Shown here: positions 49,133-58,039 of the stretch, in pieces | How the letters are laid out: every line of letters begins with the position of its first letter | Numbering within the stretch: the first letter of the stretch is position 1 | Origin: an uncultured Woeseiaceae bacterium | Lineage (GTDB): Bacteria; Pseudomonadota; Gammaproteobacteria; Steroidobacterales; Woeseiaceae | Assembly: GCA_947259985.1 (NCBI GenBank) | Contig: CAMYOJ010000006.1 | Span: 342 to 64,341 of the forward strand | Direction of reading: 5' to 3' | Length of the DNA stretch: 64,000 nt | Notes under the pieces: generated by a model | Seen by the model: the letters and a program-made list of their open reading frames with translations, nothing else | Told to the model about the DNA's origin: nothing | The model's database searches: none | Translations under genes and position numbers: made by a program

Positions 49133-50557
49133 ATGATGGCCAACCTCCCAGAACCCGAAACTTCAGTTTCCGAACCAGATACCGCAGCCGTGCGGCGACA
49201 GGCCGGTGTGTGCCTGCACATTGCGTCACTGCCCGGGCCTTATGGCATCGGCGAGATCGGTGCCGAGGCGCGTTCCTTCGTCGACACCCTGTCCGCGATG
49301 CAGCTCGGCGTATGGCAGTTTTTACCAACCGGGCCAACGGCTTACGGCGATTCTCCGTACCAGCCGCTGTCGACGTTTGCCGGCAATGAAAACCTGATCA
49401 GCATCGGCGACCTGCTTGCCATGGGCCTTTTGACAGAGGACGAAGCCGGGGAGCTGAAGACGCTGCCCGATCATTATGTCGACTACGGCCAGCTGATTCC
49501 CATCAAGAAGCAACTGCTGAACGTGGCGGCACAGCGATTCTCGGCCGGCACCGATTTCGAGCTGCGCGCGTCATACGCCGATTTCCTTGCCCAAAACGAC
49601 AAGGCCTGGCTTCACGACTACGCCATCTTTCGCATTCTGAAAACACGCCATGGCGAACGACCCTGGCCCGAGTGGCAGCCCGAATATGTCCACCGCGACC
49701 CCGCCGCGCTCGCCGAACTGGAGGATCGCGAGGCCACCGAAATCGAATCGATCAAGGTCACCCAGTTCCTGTTCCATCACCAGTGGCGAATGTTCCGTAG
49801 CTACGCAAACGGAAAGGGTATTTCGCTATTCGGCGATATGCCGATTTACATCGCCCTGGACAGCTCTGACGCATGGGCCAATCGCGAGATCCTGTCTGTC
49901 GACGAGGACGGCAATATAGTCCGCATCGACCATTTCCGGGGATTCGAGGCCTACTGGGCCGTAGCCGCGGACTCCGAAACCGCCCGTGTCGGCAGCTGGG
50001 TACCCGGTCCGGGCGACGGGCTTTTCGAGGCGATCAAGGCCTCGCTGGGCAGCCTGCCGATCGTCGCCGAGGACCTCGGCGTCATCACGCAGGAAGTCGA
50101 GGACCTGCGCGACCGCTACGAACTGCCCGGCATGCGCGTGCTGCAGTTCGACGTCACCGACGAGGAATTCGAACTCGCAGGCGTTGGCGAGAACAGCGTC
50201 TGCTACACGGGCACGCACGACAACGACACGACGATCGGGTGGTTCCATGGGAGCCCCGACGATATCCGCACGGAGGAAGAGATCCGACGTGCACAGGAGG
50301 CCGTTCTTGCGATGACAGGCGGCTCGGCGGAGACGATCCACACCGACCTCATCAAGGCGGCATTCTCAACGGCCGCTCGACTCGCCATAGCACCCATGCA
50401 GGACTATCTCGGTCTCGGCTCTGAGGCACGCATCAATACGCCGGGCACCTGCGGCGGCAACTGGCGCTGGCGGTTAACTGACTCACAATTGACACCAGAA
50501 CTCTGCGACAATATCGCCAACATGGTTCGAGCGTCGGGTCGCGGTCCTGCTCTTTGA
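49133..50557 (+). CDS. malQ: 4-alpha-glucanotransferase (amylomaltase, GH77) carrying an internal in-frame deletion relative to the family
   Basis: The track ORF starts at 48932. I prefer the ATG at 49133/49136 (MMANLPEPE...). GH77 motifs are HIASLPGPYGIGEIG, GDSPYQ, RIDHFRGF, AEDLGVIT, YTGTHDNDT and the C-terminal NTPGTCGGNWRWR. About 49 residues are missing between GDMPI and VRIDH (see findings). Confidence 0.8.
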   Translation: MMANLPEPETSVSEPDTAAVRRQAGVCLHIASLPGPYGIGEIGAEARSFVDTLSAMQLGVWQFLPTGPTAYGDSPYQPLSTFAGNENLISIGDLLAMGLLTEDEAGELKTLPDHYVDYGQLIPIKKQLLNVAAQRFSAGTDFELRASYADFLAQNDKAWLHDYAIFRILKTRHGERPWPEWQPEYVHRDPAALAELEDREATEIESIKVTQFLFHHQWRMFRSYANGKGISLFGDMPIYIALDSSDAWANREILSVDEDGNIVRIDHFRGFEAYWAVAADSETARVGSWVPGPGDGLFEAIKASLGSLPIVAEDLGVITQEVEDLRDRYELPGMRVLQFDVTDEEFELAGVGENSVCYTGTHDNDTTIGWFHGSPDDIRTEEEIRRAQEAVLAMTGGSAETIHTDLIKAAFSTAARLAIAPMQDYLGLGSEARINTPGTCGGNWRWRLTDSQLTPELCDNIANMVRASGRGPAL

Positions 50558-50628
50558 GGCAACTCACCGATTGACGGTTTGCCCGTAGCTCGTCTGAATA
50601 CCTCCAGCTATAAGGGACGAGTTGCAGA

Positions 50629-51918
50629 ATGATCGACCAGAATCTCAAGGCAGATGCCAGGTTTGTCAGCCGCCTCACACGCGACACGCTGGTGCTGATT
50701 CTCGCGGGTGGGCAGGGCTCACGTTTGCACGAGCTGACGACCTGGCGCGCCAAGCCCGGGCTGCATTTCGGCGGCAAGTTTCGCATCATCGACTTCGCTC
50801 TTTCGAACTGTATTAATTCGGGCCTGCGGCGTATCGGCGTCCTGACCCAGTACAAGGCGCATTCGCTGATACGGCACCTGCTCAACGGCTGGTCGTGGTT
50901 CCAGTCCGGCCGCGGTGAGCGCGAATTCGTCGAGATCCTGCCGGCCTCGCAGAGAGTCGGCGGTGAATGGTACCGTGGCACGGCCGACGCCGTGTACCAG
51001 AACCTCGATATCATTCGCACGCACGGACCGAAGCTCACGCTGGTGCTGGCCGGCGACCACATCTACAAGATGGACTATGGGCCCCTGCTCGCTTATCACG
51101 CCGAAATCGAGGCTGATATGACGATCTGTTGCATCGAGATGCCGCTCGAAGAGGCGGCCGGCGAGTTTGGCGTCATGACGGTCGATGAGGACTGGCGCAT
51201 CATCGGCTTCGACGAGAAACCCGAGAAACCCAACCCGATCCCGGGCAAGCCCGGTATCTGCCTGGCATCCATGGGCAACTACCTGTTCAACACCGAGTTC
51301 CTCTACGAACAAGTCATCAAGGACGCCGATACGCCGGGCACGCAGCACGATTTCGGCCGTAACGTCATCCCGTCGATCATCGATGACTACCAGGTATACG
51401 CGTACCCGCTGCGCGACCCGGAGACCAACGAGCAGGCTTACTGGCGAGACGTCGGGACGCTCGATGCATTCTGGGAGGCGAACATGGAACTCGTGTCCCT
51501 CACCCCGCAGCTGAACCTCTATGACAAGGTCTGGCCGATCTATACGCACCAGGTACAACTGCCGCCCGCCAAGTTTGTCTGGGACGAACCCGGTCGTCGA
51601 GGCGAGGCATTCCAGTCGATGGTATCGGGCGGCTGCGTCATTTCAGGATCCACGGTGCGCAGGTCGCTGTTGTTTTCGAACTGCTACGTGCACTCCTACA
51701 GCACCGTGACCGAGTCCGTGATATTGCCAGAAACCGATATTGGCGAAAATTGCACCATAAACCGCGCGATCATCGACCGCGGCACTATCGTACCGCCAGG
51801 CACCGAAATCGGCGTTGACCAGGAGGCCGACCGTGAACGCGGCTTCCGCGTGACCTCCAAGGGCATCACGCTGGTGACGCCGGACATGATGGGCCAACAA
51901 CTGCATTTCACGCGGTAG
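50629..51918 (+). CDS. glgC: Glucose-1-phosphate adenylyltransferase
   Basis: 429 aa. It is colinear with E. coli GlgC along its whole length ([63 protein letters not shown]). Confidence 0.95.
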   Translation: MIDQNLKADARFVSRLTRDTLVLILAGGQGSRLHELTTWRAKPGLHFGGKFRIIDFALSNCINSGLRRIGVLTQYKAHSLIRHLLNGWSWFQSGRGEREFVEILPASQRVGGEWYRGTADAVYQNLDIIRTHGPKLTLVLAGDHIYKMDYGPLLAYHAEIEADMTICCIEMPLEEAAGEFGVMTVDEDWRIIGFDEKPEKPNPIPGKPGICLASMGNYLFNTEFLYEQVIKDADTPGTQHDFGRNVIPSIIDDYQVYAYPLRDPETNEQAYWRDVGTLDAFWEANMELVSLTPQLNLYDKVWPIYTHQVQLPPAKFVWDEPGRRGEAFQSMVSGGCVISGSTVRRSLLFSNCYVHSYSTVTESVILPETDIGENCTINRAIIDRGTIVPPGTEIGVDQEADRERGFRVTSKGITLVTPDMMGQQLHFTR

Positions 51919-51928
51919 GCAGGCGCAT

Positions 51929-53497
51929 ATCGATACCCGCTCAGTCATCTTCCTGGCGTCAGAGAACGGCGCCCTGCCAGGTGGCAAAGTCGGTGGCGTG
52001 GGCGACGTCGTGCGCGATCTGCCGCACGCGCTCGGGGCGGCCGGCTGGGATGTATCGGTGGCTACGCCGTCCTATGGGGCACTGCACGCGCTACCCGGCG
52101 CTACGCACTTGACGACACTGGACGTCCCGTTTCGCGGCATCACGGAAGCGGTCGACGTCTGGCAATTGCAGGACAGCGACAGCCATGTCCGCCACGTCGT
52201 ACTCGAGCATCCGCAGTTCGCGAAGAATGGTGCCGGTCAAATCTATCACCGTGACGCGCCTTCACGTCCGTTTGCGAGCGATGCCAACAACTTCGCATTC
52301 TTTTGCGCGGCGGCGGCGCAGTGGATCTACGCGAGCGAGAGACTGCCCGATGTCGTGCACCTGCATGACTGGCATGCCGCTTTTTACCTGCTGCTGACAC
52401 AATACGTTGAGCGCTATCGAAACCTGCGCGACATCCGCACGGTATTCACGATTCACAACCTTTCGTACCAGGGCATCCGCCCTCTCGCCGGAGATGAGTC
52501 TTCCCTTGAAGCCTGGTTCCCGGGCCTCGACTATGACATCGGCGAGATCGGGGACCCGCGTTTCGATGACTGTTTCAATCCGATGGCGATGGCGATCCGG
52601 CTGGCCGACCGCGTCAGCACCGTGTCGCCCACCTATGCCGGCGAGATCTGCCGGCCGAGTGACGCGAGCACGGGATTCATCGGTGGCGAGGGTCTCGAGG
52701 GCGACCTCGTCAAGGCACGCGACGATGGGCGTCTGTCGGGCGTGCTCAACGGCTGTTATTACGACGGACCCATCGGGCGGCGCCCTGGCTGGCAACGCCT
52801 GCTTGCCATGACCGATGCCCAGTTACACGACTGGGCACATCAGCAACCTGCGAATCGAGCTCACGCGCTGGCGCTCGAGCGGCTCGCTCATCTGCCGAAA
52901 CGTCGCCCCACGCATGTCCTGACGAGCATCGGCCGACTCGTTCCCCAGAAAGCAACGCTGCTGCTGGCGCCGCTCGATGACGGGCGGACCACGCTGCAGC
53001 ACATAGCAGACTCGATGGGCAGGAAAGGCGTGATCTTCCTCCTGGGCAGCGGCGACCCGGACCTCGAGGAGCGTATGCTCGAGGAGGCAGGCAAGATCCC
53101 GAACCTGGTTTTCCTGCACGGTTATTCGGAAACACTGGCAGCCCCTTTCTATCACGGTGGCGACCTTTTCCTGATGGCGTCGAGTTTCGAACCCTGTGGC
53201 ATCAGCCAGATGCTGGCCATGCGCGGCGGCCAGCCATGTGTCGTGCATGGCGTCGGCGGACTCAGGGATACGGTTGAGGATGGCGTTACCGGCTTCGTGT
53301 TCGACGGGCACAGCCCGGACGAGCAGGCCAGAGACTTCGTGGCAACGACCGATCGGGCATTACAATTGCGCGCAAACGACCCGATCGCCTGGCAGGACAT
53401 TTGCAAACAAGCCGCTGCCCGGCGTTTCGACTGGGCATCATCGGCAGAGCAGACAATAAGAACTCTCTATGGCGAAGACAATGACCGAGAACAATGA
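51929..53497 (+). CDS. glgA: Glycogen synthase (GT5); start codon unresolved
   Basis: The track ORF starts at GTG 51998. However, the in-frame upstream translation (...IDTRSVIFLASENGALPGGKVGGV-GDVVRD...) contains the conserved first strand and the K-x-G-G motif, and it has no ATG, GTG or TTG. 51929 is an ATC preceded by AGGCAGG. Downstream motifs are intact: HDWH, SPTYA, RLVPQKA, SSFEPCGISQM and GGLRDTV. Confidence 0.7.
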   Translation: MDTRSVIFLASENGALPGGKVGGVGDVVRDLPHALGAAGWDVSVATPSYGALHALPGATHLTTLDVPFRGITEAVDVWQLQDSDSHVRHVVLEHPQFAKNGAGQIYHRDAPSRPFASDANNFAFFCAAAAQWIYASERLPDVVHLHDWHAAFYLLLTQYVERYRNLRDIRTVFTIHNLSYQGIRPLAGDESSLEAWFPGLDYDIGEIGDPRFDDCFNPMAMAIRLADRVSTVSPTYAGEICRPSDASTGFIGGEGLEGDLVKARDDGRLSGVLNGCYYDGPIGRRPGWQRLLAMTDAQLHDWAHQQPANRAHALALERLAHLPKRRPTHVLTSIGRLVPQKATLLLAPLDDGRTTLQHIADSMGRKGVIFLLGSGDPDLEERMLEEAGKIPNLVFLHGYSETLAAPFYHGGDLFLMASSFEPCGISQMLAMRGGQPCVVHGVGGLRDTVEDGVTGFVFDGHSPDEQARDFVATTDRALQLRANDPIAWQDICKQAAARRFDWASSAEQTIRTLYGEDNDREQ

Positions 53498-55535
53498 CTA
53501 GAAACAGCGATTACGCCGCGCTCGTCGCCGGCCAGCACAATAACCCGTTTGCGATACTTGGTCCCCACAGTGGCCCGGACGGGCGCGTCGTACGCACGCT
53601 GCAGCCCGATGCAAAAGCCGTCGATATCGTCGACACTGACGGCGAAACGACGCGCTGCGCATCTCCTGGCAGTCCGGGGAGCAGTCGGTGATCGAGGATC
53701 CGTACCGCTTCCCGTCCGCGCTCGGCGAGATGGACCTGTACCTGCTCGGCGAGGGGTCCGACCGTTACATCTATCGCAAGCTCGGCGCACATCTTTGCGA
53801 ACTCGCGGGCGTGAGCGGCACGCGTTTCGCGGTCTGGGCGCCCAATGCCTCACGCGTCAGCGTCATCGGCAACTTCAACAGCTGGGATGGCAGGCGGCAC
53901 GTCATGCGGCTGCACCCGGGCAACGGGATCTGGGAAATTTTCGTCCCCGGCGTCGGTAACGGGGAATTGTACAAATACGAGATCCAGGACAGGGACGGCA
54001 AGCTGCTGCCGCTGAAAGGCGATCCGTACGGGACCTTGCACGAACCGCCGCCTGGCAATGCATCGGTGGTATTCGACACGAGCTACCAGTGGCAGGACGA
54101 AGACTGGATGCGGCGACGCAAGGTCGAACCCGAACTCGATCGGCCCGTCAGCCGCGACTTCGCCGACGAACTCGTCGGCTATATCGCCGACATGGGCTTC
54201 ACGCACATTGAGCTGCTGCCGGTGACCGAGCACCCGTTCGACGGGTCCTGGGGATACCAGCCGATCGGCCTGTTCGCGCCGACGCAGCGCTTCGGCAACC
54301 CCGACGACTTCCGCTACCTCGTCGATCGTTGCCACGATGCCGGTATCGGCGTCATCATGGACTGGGTGCCGGCGCACTTCCCGGGCGACGAGCACGGTCT
54401 CGCCCGGTTCGACGGTACGGCATTGTACGAGCACCAGGACCCGCGCAAGGGTGCGCATGCCGACTGGGGTACCCTGATTTTCAATTTCGGACGCCGCGAG
54501 GTCATCAACTACCTGCTGGGCAGCGCGCTTTACTGGATCAAGGAATTCCATATTGACGGTCTGCGCGTCGACGCGGTCGCGTCGATGCTGTACCTCGACT
54601 ACTCGCGTGAGGAAGGCGAGTGGATTCCGAACGAATTCGGCGGCAATGAGAATCTCGAAGCGGTGGAGTTCCTGCGCCGTCTCAACACCGAGGTTCACGC
54701 GCACGGCGCAACATCATTCGCCGAAGAGTCGACAGCCTGGCCCGGCGTGTCCAAGCCCGTCGACGCGGGCGGCCTCGGTTTCACCTACAAGTGGAACATG
54801 GGCTGGATGAACGACACGCTGGCCTACATGTCCGAAGATCCCGTGCACCGCAAGTACCATCACGACAAGATGACCTTCGGCCTCGTTTATGCCTTCAACG
54901 AGAACTTCATTTTGCCGCTATCGCATGACGAAGTCGTGCACGGCAAACACTCGATCCTCGGGCGTATGCCCGGCGACGACTGGCAACAGTTCGCCAACCT
55001 GCGCGCCTACTACGCGTCCATGTATGCCCATCCCGGCAAGAAGCTGCTGTTCATGGGCGACGAGATCGCGCAGCGCGATGAGTGGAACCACGACCAGTCG
55101 CTCGACTGGCACCTGCTGCAATTCATGCCCCACAGTGGCGTTCAGGCGCTCGTGCGCGACCTGAACCGACTGTACCGGGACGTTCCCGCACTTCACGAAG
55201 TGGATTTCGACGGCAGTGGCTTCGAATGGATCGACTGGAACGACAGCGACAACAGCATTTTGAGCTGGGTTCGTCGCGACCATAATGGCGGGCACATCGT
55301 TTGCGTAATCAACCTGACGCCCGTCGTGCGCGACGGCTACCGCCTCGGCGTGCCGGATGGCGGCGCTTACAATGTGCTGCTGAACACCGATGACGCAAAA
55401 TACGGCGGCAGTGACCTCAAACACACTGTCATCGCGAGCGAAGACATCGAAAGTCACGGCCGACCGCACTCGCTGCAGCTGGCCCTGCCGCCGCTCGCAA
55501 CGCTTATACTCCAACCGGCGCACGAGGAGACTTGA
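53494..55535 (+). pseudogene. glgB: 1,4-alpha-glucan branching enzyme, disrupted: N-terminal frameshift/deletion plus an in-frame deletion of the IYEVHLGSW region
   Basis: The ATG at 53494 (ATGA overlap with glgA) opens a 65-codon ORF whose first ~54 residues (through ...DTDGETT) are GlgB-like: ...FAILGPHSGPDGRVVRTLQPDAKAVDIVD.... The rest of GlgB ([19 protein letters not shown]...) is in another frame that opens at 53640, with its first start at GTG 53688. The catalytic core is otherwise colinear with E. coli GlgB ([51 protein letters not shown]). Confidence 0.65.
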
Positions 55536-55537
55536 CC

Positions 55538-58039
55538 ATGGCCGCGAAGACCGACAAGACAGCCGGAATCGGCGACATAGAGTTGCTGCAGGCCCCGAGC
55601 TTGCCGATGACCGCCGACGCGATGCTGGAGGACTTCACGCATTACTTCGGCCGCATGCTCGGCCGGCAGACGATTCGCACCAAGTCGCCGTTCCTGTACC
55701 AGGCCGTGGTGTTCGCCGCGCGTGACCGTCTCATGGAGCGCTGGGCGAAGACCCGAAACGCGACCGAGAGCGCTGACCGCTGTCGCGTCGCCTACCTGTC
55801 GCTCGAATTCCTCATGGGACGGCTGCTGCGTAACGCATTGCTCAATCTCGGCATCGAGGATGAGACCTCCGAGGCGCTGTCTCGTCTCGGTCTCGACCTC
55901 GAGGATGTTTACGAACGCGAACAGGATACGGGACTCGGCAACGGCGGTCTGGGTCGCCTCGCGGCCTGCTTCCTCGACAGCTGCGCAACGCTGCGCCTGC
56001 CCGTGATCGGCTACGGCATTCGCTACCACTACGGCATGTTCCACCAGCGCATCGAAAACGGCTACCAGGTGGAAGAGCCCGACTCGTGGCTGCGCGAAGG
56101 TTTCCCCTGGGAGATCGAGCGCATCGAGTACGCGCAGACGGTCCACTTCGGCGGCCGCAGCACCGTGTACACGGACGCTTCGGGCAAGACCCGGCACGCC
56201 TGGGTGGACACGCATGATGTACTTGCGATCCCGTTCGACATCCCGATCCCGGGATACAAGAACGACATCGTGAACACACTGCGCCTGTGGTCCGCATCGG
56301 CGACTGACGCGTTCGACCTCAATCAGTTCAACGCCGGCAGCTATGCGGATGCCGTTGCCTCGCAGAACGAGGCGGAAAACATCACGATGGTGCTGTATCC
56401 GAATGCCGAGACTGAGAACGGCCAGGAACTCAGGCTGCGCCAGCAGTATTTCCTCGCCTCCGCGAGCCTGCAGGACCAGCTGCGGAACCGCTTCGAGCAT
56501 CACGGCCCGGGTTTCGACGACTTCGCGGACAAGCACTGCTTCCAGCTCAATGACACGCATCCGGCTATCGCCGTCGCTGAACTCATGCGCCTGTTGATGG
56601 ACGAATACTCTCTCGAGTGGGACCAGGCCTGGGAGATTACGAGCAAGTCCATGGCCTACACGAATCACACGCTGCTGCCGGAAGCACTCGAAATGTGGCC
56701 TGTAGCAATGTTCCGCAGGCTGCTGCCGCGAATCCTCGACATAATCTACGAGATCAACGCGCGGTTTATCGTCGAGATCAGCCAGCGCTGGCCCGGCGAC
56801 AACGATCGAATCCAGCGCATGTCGCTGATCATGGAGGGCAGCGAGCCCATGATTCGTATGGCATATCTCGCCATCGTCGGCAGCTTTTCTGTTAACGGCG
56901 TGGCCGAGCTGCACTCGAAACTGCTGCGCGAAGGCCTGTTCCGCGACTTCTACGAACTGTGGCCCGAGAAGTTCAACAACAAGACCAACGGCGTCACGCA
57001 AAGACGCTGGCTGGCCGCCTGCAACAAGGGCCTCGCAGAGCTCATCACGGACAAGATCGGCGAAGACTGGGTCACCGAATTGACGCAGCTCGAGGAGCTC
57101 ACGGCCTACGCCGATGACGCCGAATTCCGCAAAGACTGGCGCTCGGTGAAACTCGGCAACAAGGTCAAGCTTGCGCGCGCGATCCAAAAGAAGACGGGAC
57201 TGGAGGTCAATCCGGGCTCGCTGTTCGACGTGCAGGTCAAGCGCATTCACGAGTACAAGCGCCAGCTGCTGAACGTGCTGCACGCCGTCCACCTGTACGA
57301 CCGCATCCGGCGCGGCGACGAGGTCGTGCCGCGTACCATTATCATCGGCGGCAAGGCGGCGCCCGGCTACGAGATGGCGAAGAGCGTCATCAAGTGCATC
57401 AACAACGTCGCCCGGGTCATCAATGCGGACCCGGCCATGGACGGCAAGCTTCAGCTGATCTTCTATCCCGATTACAACGTCTCCGCGATGGAAATTATCT
57501 GCCCTGCTGCCGATCTCTCGGAGCAGATTTCAACGGCGGGCAAGGAAGCCTCCGGCACGGGCAATATGAAGTTCATGATGAACGGCGCCGTGACAATCGG
57601 CACGCTCGACGGTGCCAACGTGGAGATCCGCGAAGCTGTCGGCGACGAGAACTTCTTCCTGTTCGGCCTGAACGTCGACGAGATAAAGGAACTGCGCGGG
57701 CAGTACGACCCGCGCGCGATCATCGACGCCGACGAAGATTTCAGGCGCGTCATCAATTTGCTCGAGAGCGGGCACTTCAATCGCTTCGAGTCTGGAACGC
57801 TCAATGCCGTGATTCAGTCAATTCGCGAACCGTCGGATCCGTGGATGACAGCCGCGGACTTTCGCAGTTTTGTCGACGCTCAGGCTGCCGCGGCCGAGGC
57901 TTACACCGACGTCGAACGCTGGACCCGCATGAGCATCCTCAACACGGCGTCCTCGGGGCGATTCTCGACGGATCGAACGATGCGCGATTACAACGACGAG
58001 ATCTGGCGCCTGGAGCCGATTGAGCTCAAGACGACTTGA
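55538..58039 (+). CDS. glgP: Glycogen/maltodextrin phosphorylase
   Basis: The track ORF starts at TTG 55532. The ATG at 55538 is preceded by GAGGAG at 55524..55529. The protein is about 833 aa and looks full-length (LSLEFLMGR, GLGNGGLGRLAAC, and the PLP-Lys context EASGTGNMKFMMNGA). Confidence 0.95.
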   Translation: MAAKTDKTAGIGDIELLQAPSLPMTADAMLEDFTHYFGRMLGRQTIRTKSPFLYQAVVFAARDRLMERWAKTRNATESADRCRVAYLSLEFLMGRLLRNALLNLGIEDETSEALSRLGLDLEDVYEREQDTGLGNGGLGRLAACFLDSCATLRLPVIGYGIRYHYGMFHQRIENGYQVEEPDSWLREGFPWEIERIEYAQTVHFGGRSTVYTDASGKTRHAWVDTHDVLAIPFDIPIPGYKNDIVNTLRLWSASATDAFDLNQFNAGSYADAVASQNEAENITMVLYPNAETENGQELRLRQQYFLASASLQDQLRNRFEHHGPGFDDFADKHCFQLNDTHPAIAVAELMRLLMDEYSLEWDQAWEITSKSMAYTNHTLLPEALEMWPVAMFRRLLPRILDIIYEINARFIVEISQRWPGDNDRIQRMSLIMEGSEPMIRMAYLAIVGSFSVNGVAELHSKLLREGLFRDFYELWPEKFNNKTNGVTQRRWLAACNKGLAELITDKIGEDWVTELTQLEELTAYADDAEFRKDWRSVKLGNKVKLARAIQKKTGLEVNPGSLFDVQVKRIHEYKRQLLNVLHAVHLYDRIRRGDEVVPRTIIIGGKAAPGYEMAKSVIKCINNVARVINADPAMDGKLQLIFYPDYNVSAMEIICPAADLSEQISTAGKEASGTGNMKFMMNGAVTIGTLDGANVEIREAVGDENFFLFGLNVDEIKELRGQYDPRAIIDADEDFRRVINLLESGHFNRFESGTLNAVIQSIREPSDPWMTAADFRSFVDAQAAAAEAYTDVERWTRMSILNTASSGRFSTDRTMRDYNDEIWRLEPIELKTT

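Noticed and set aside
50595-50601. TGAATAC half-site upstream of glgC as a fourth operator copy
   Set aside because: A 7-mer of this composition is expected a few times per 64 kb by chance, and one occurs inside the IOR gene near 13828. There is no second half-site.
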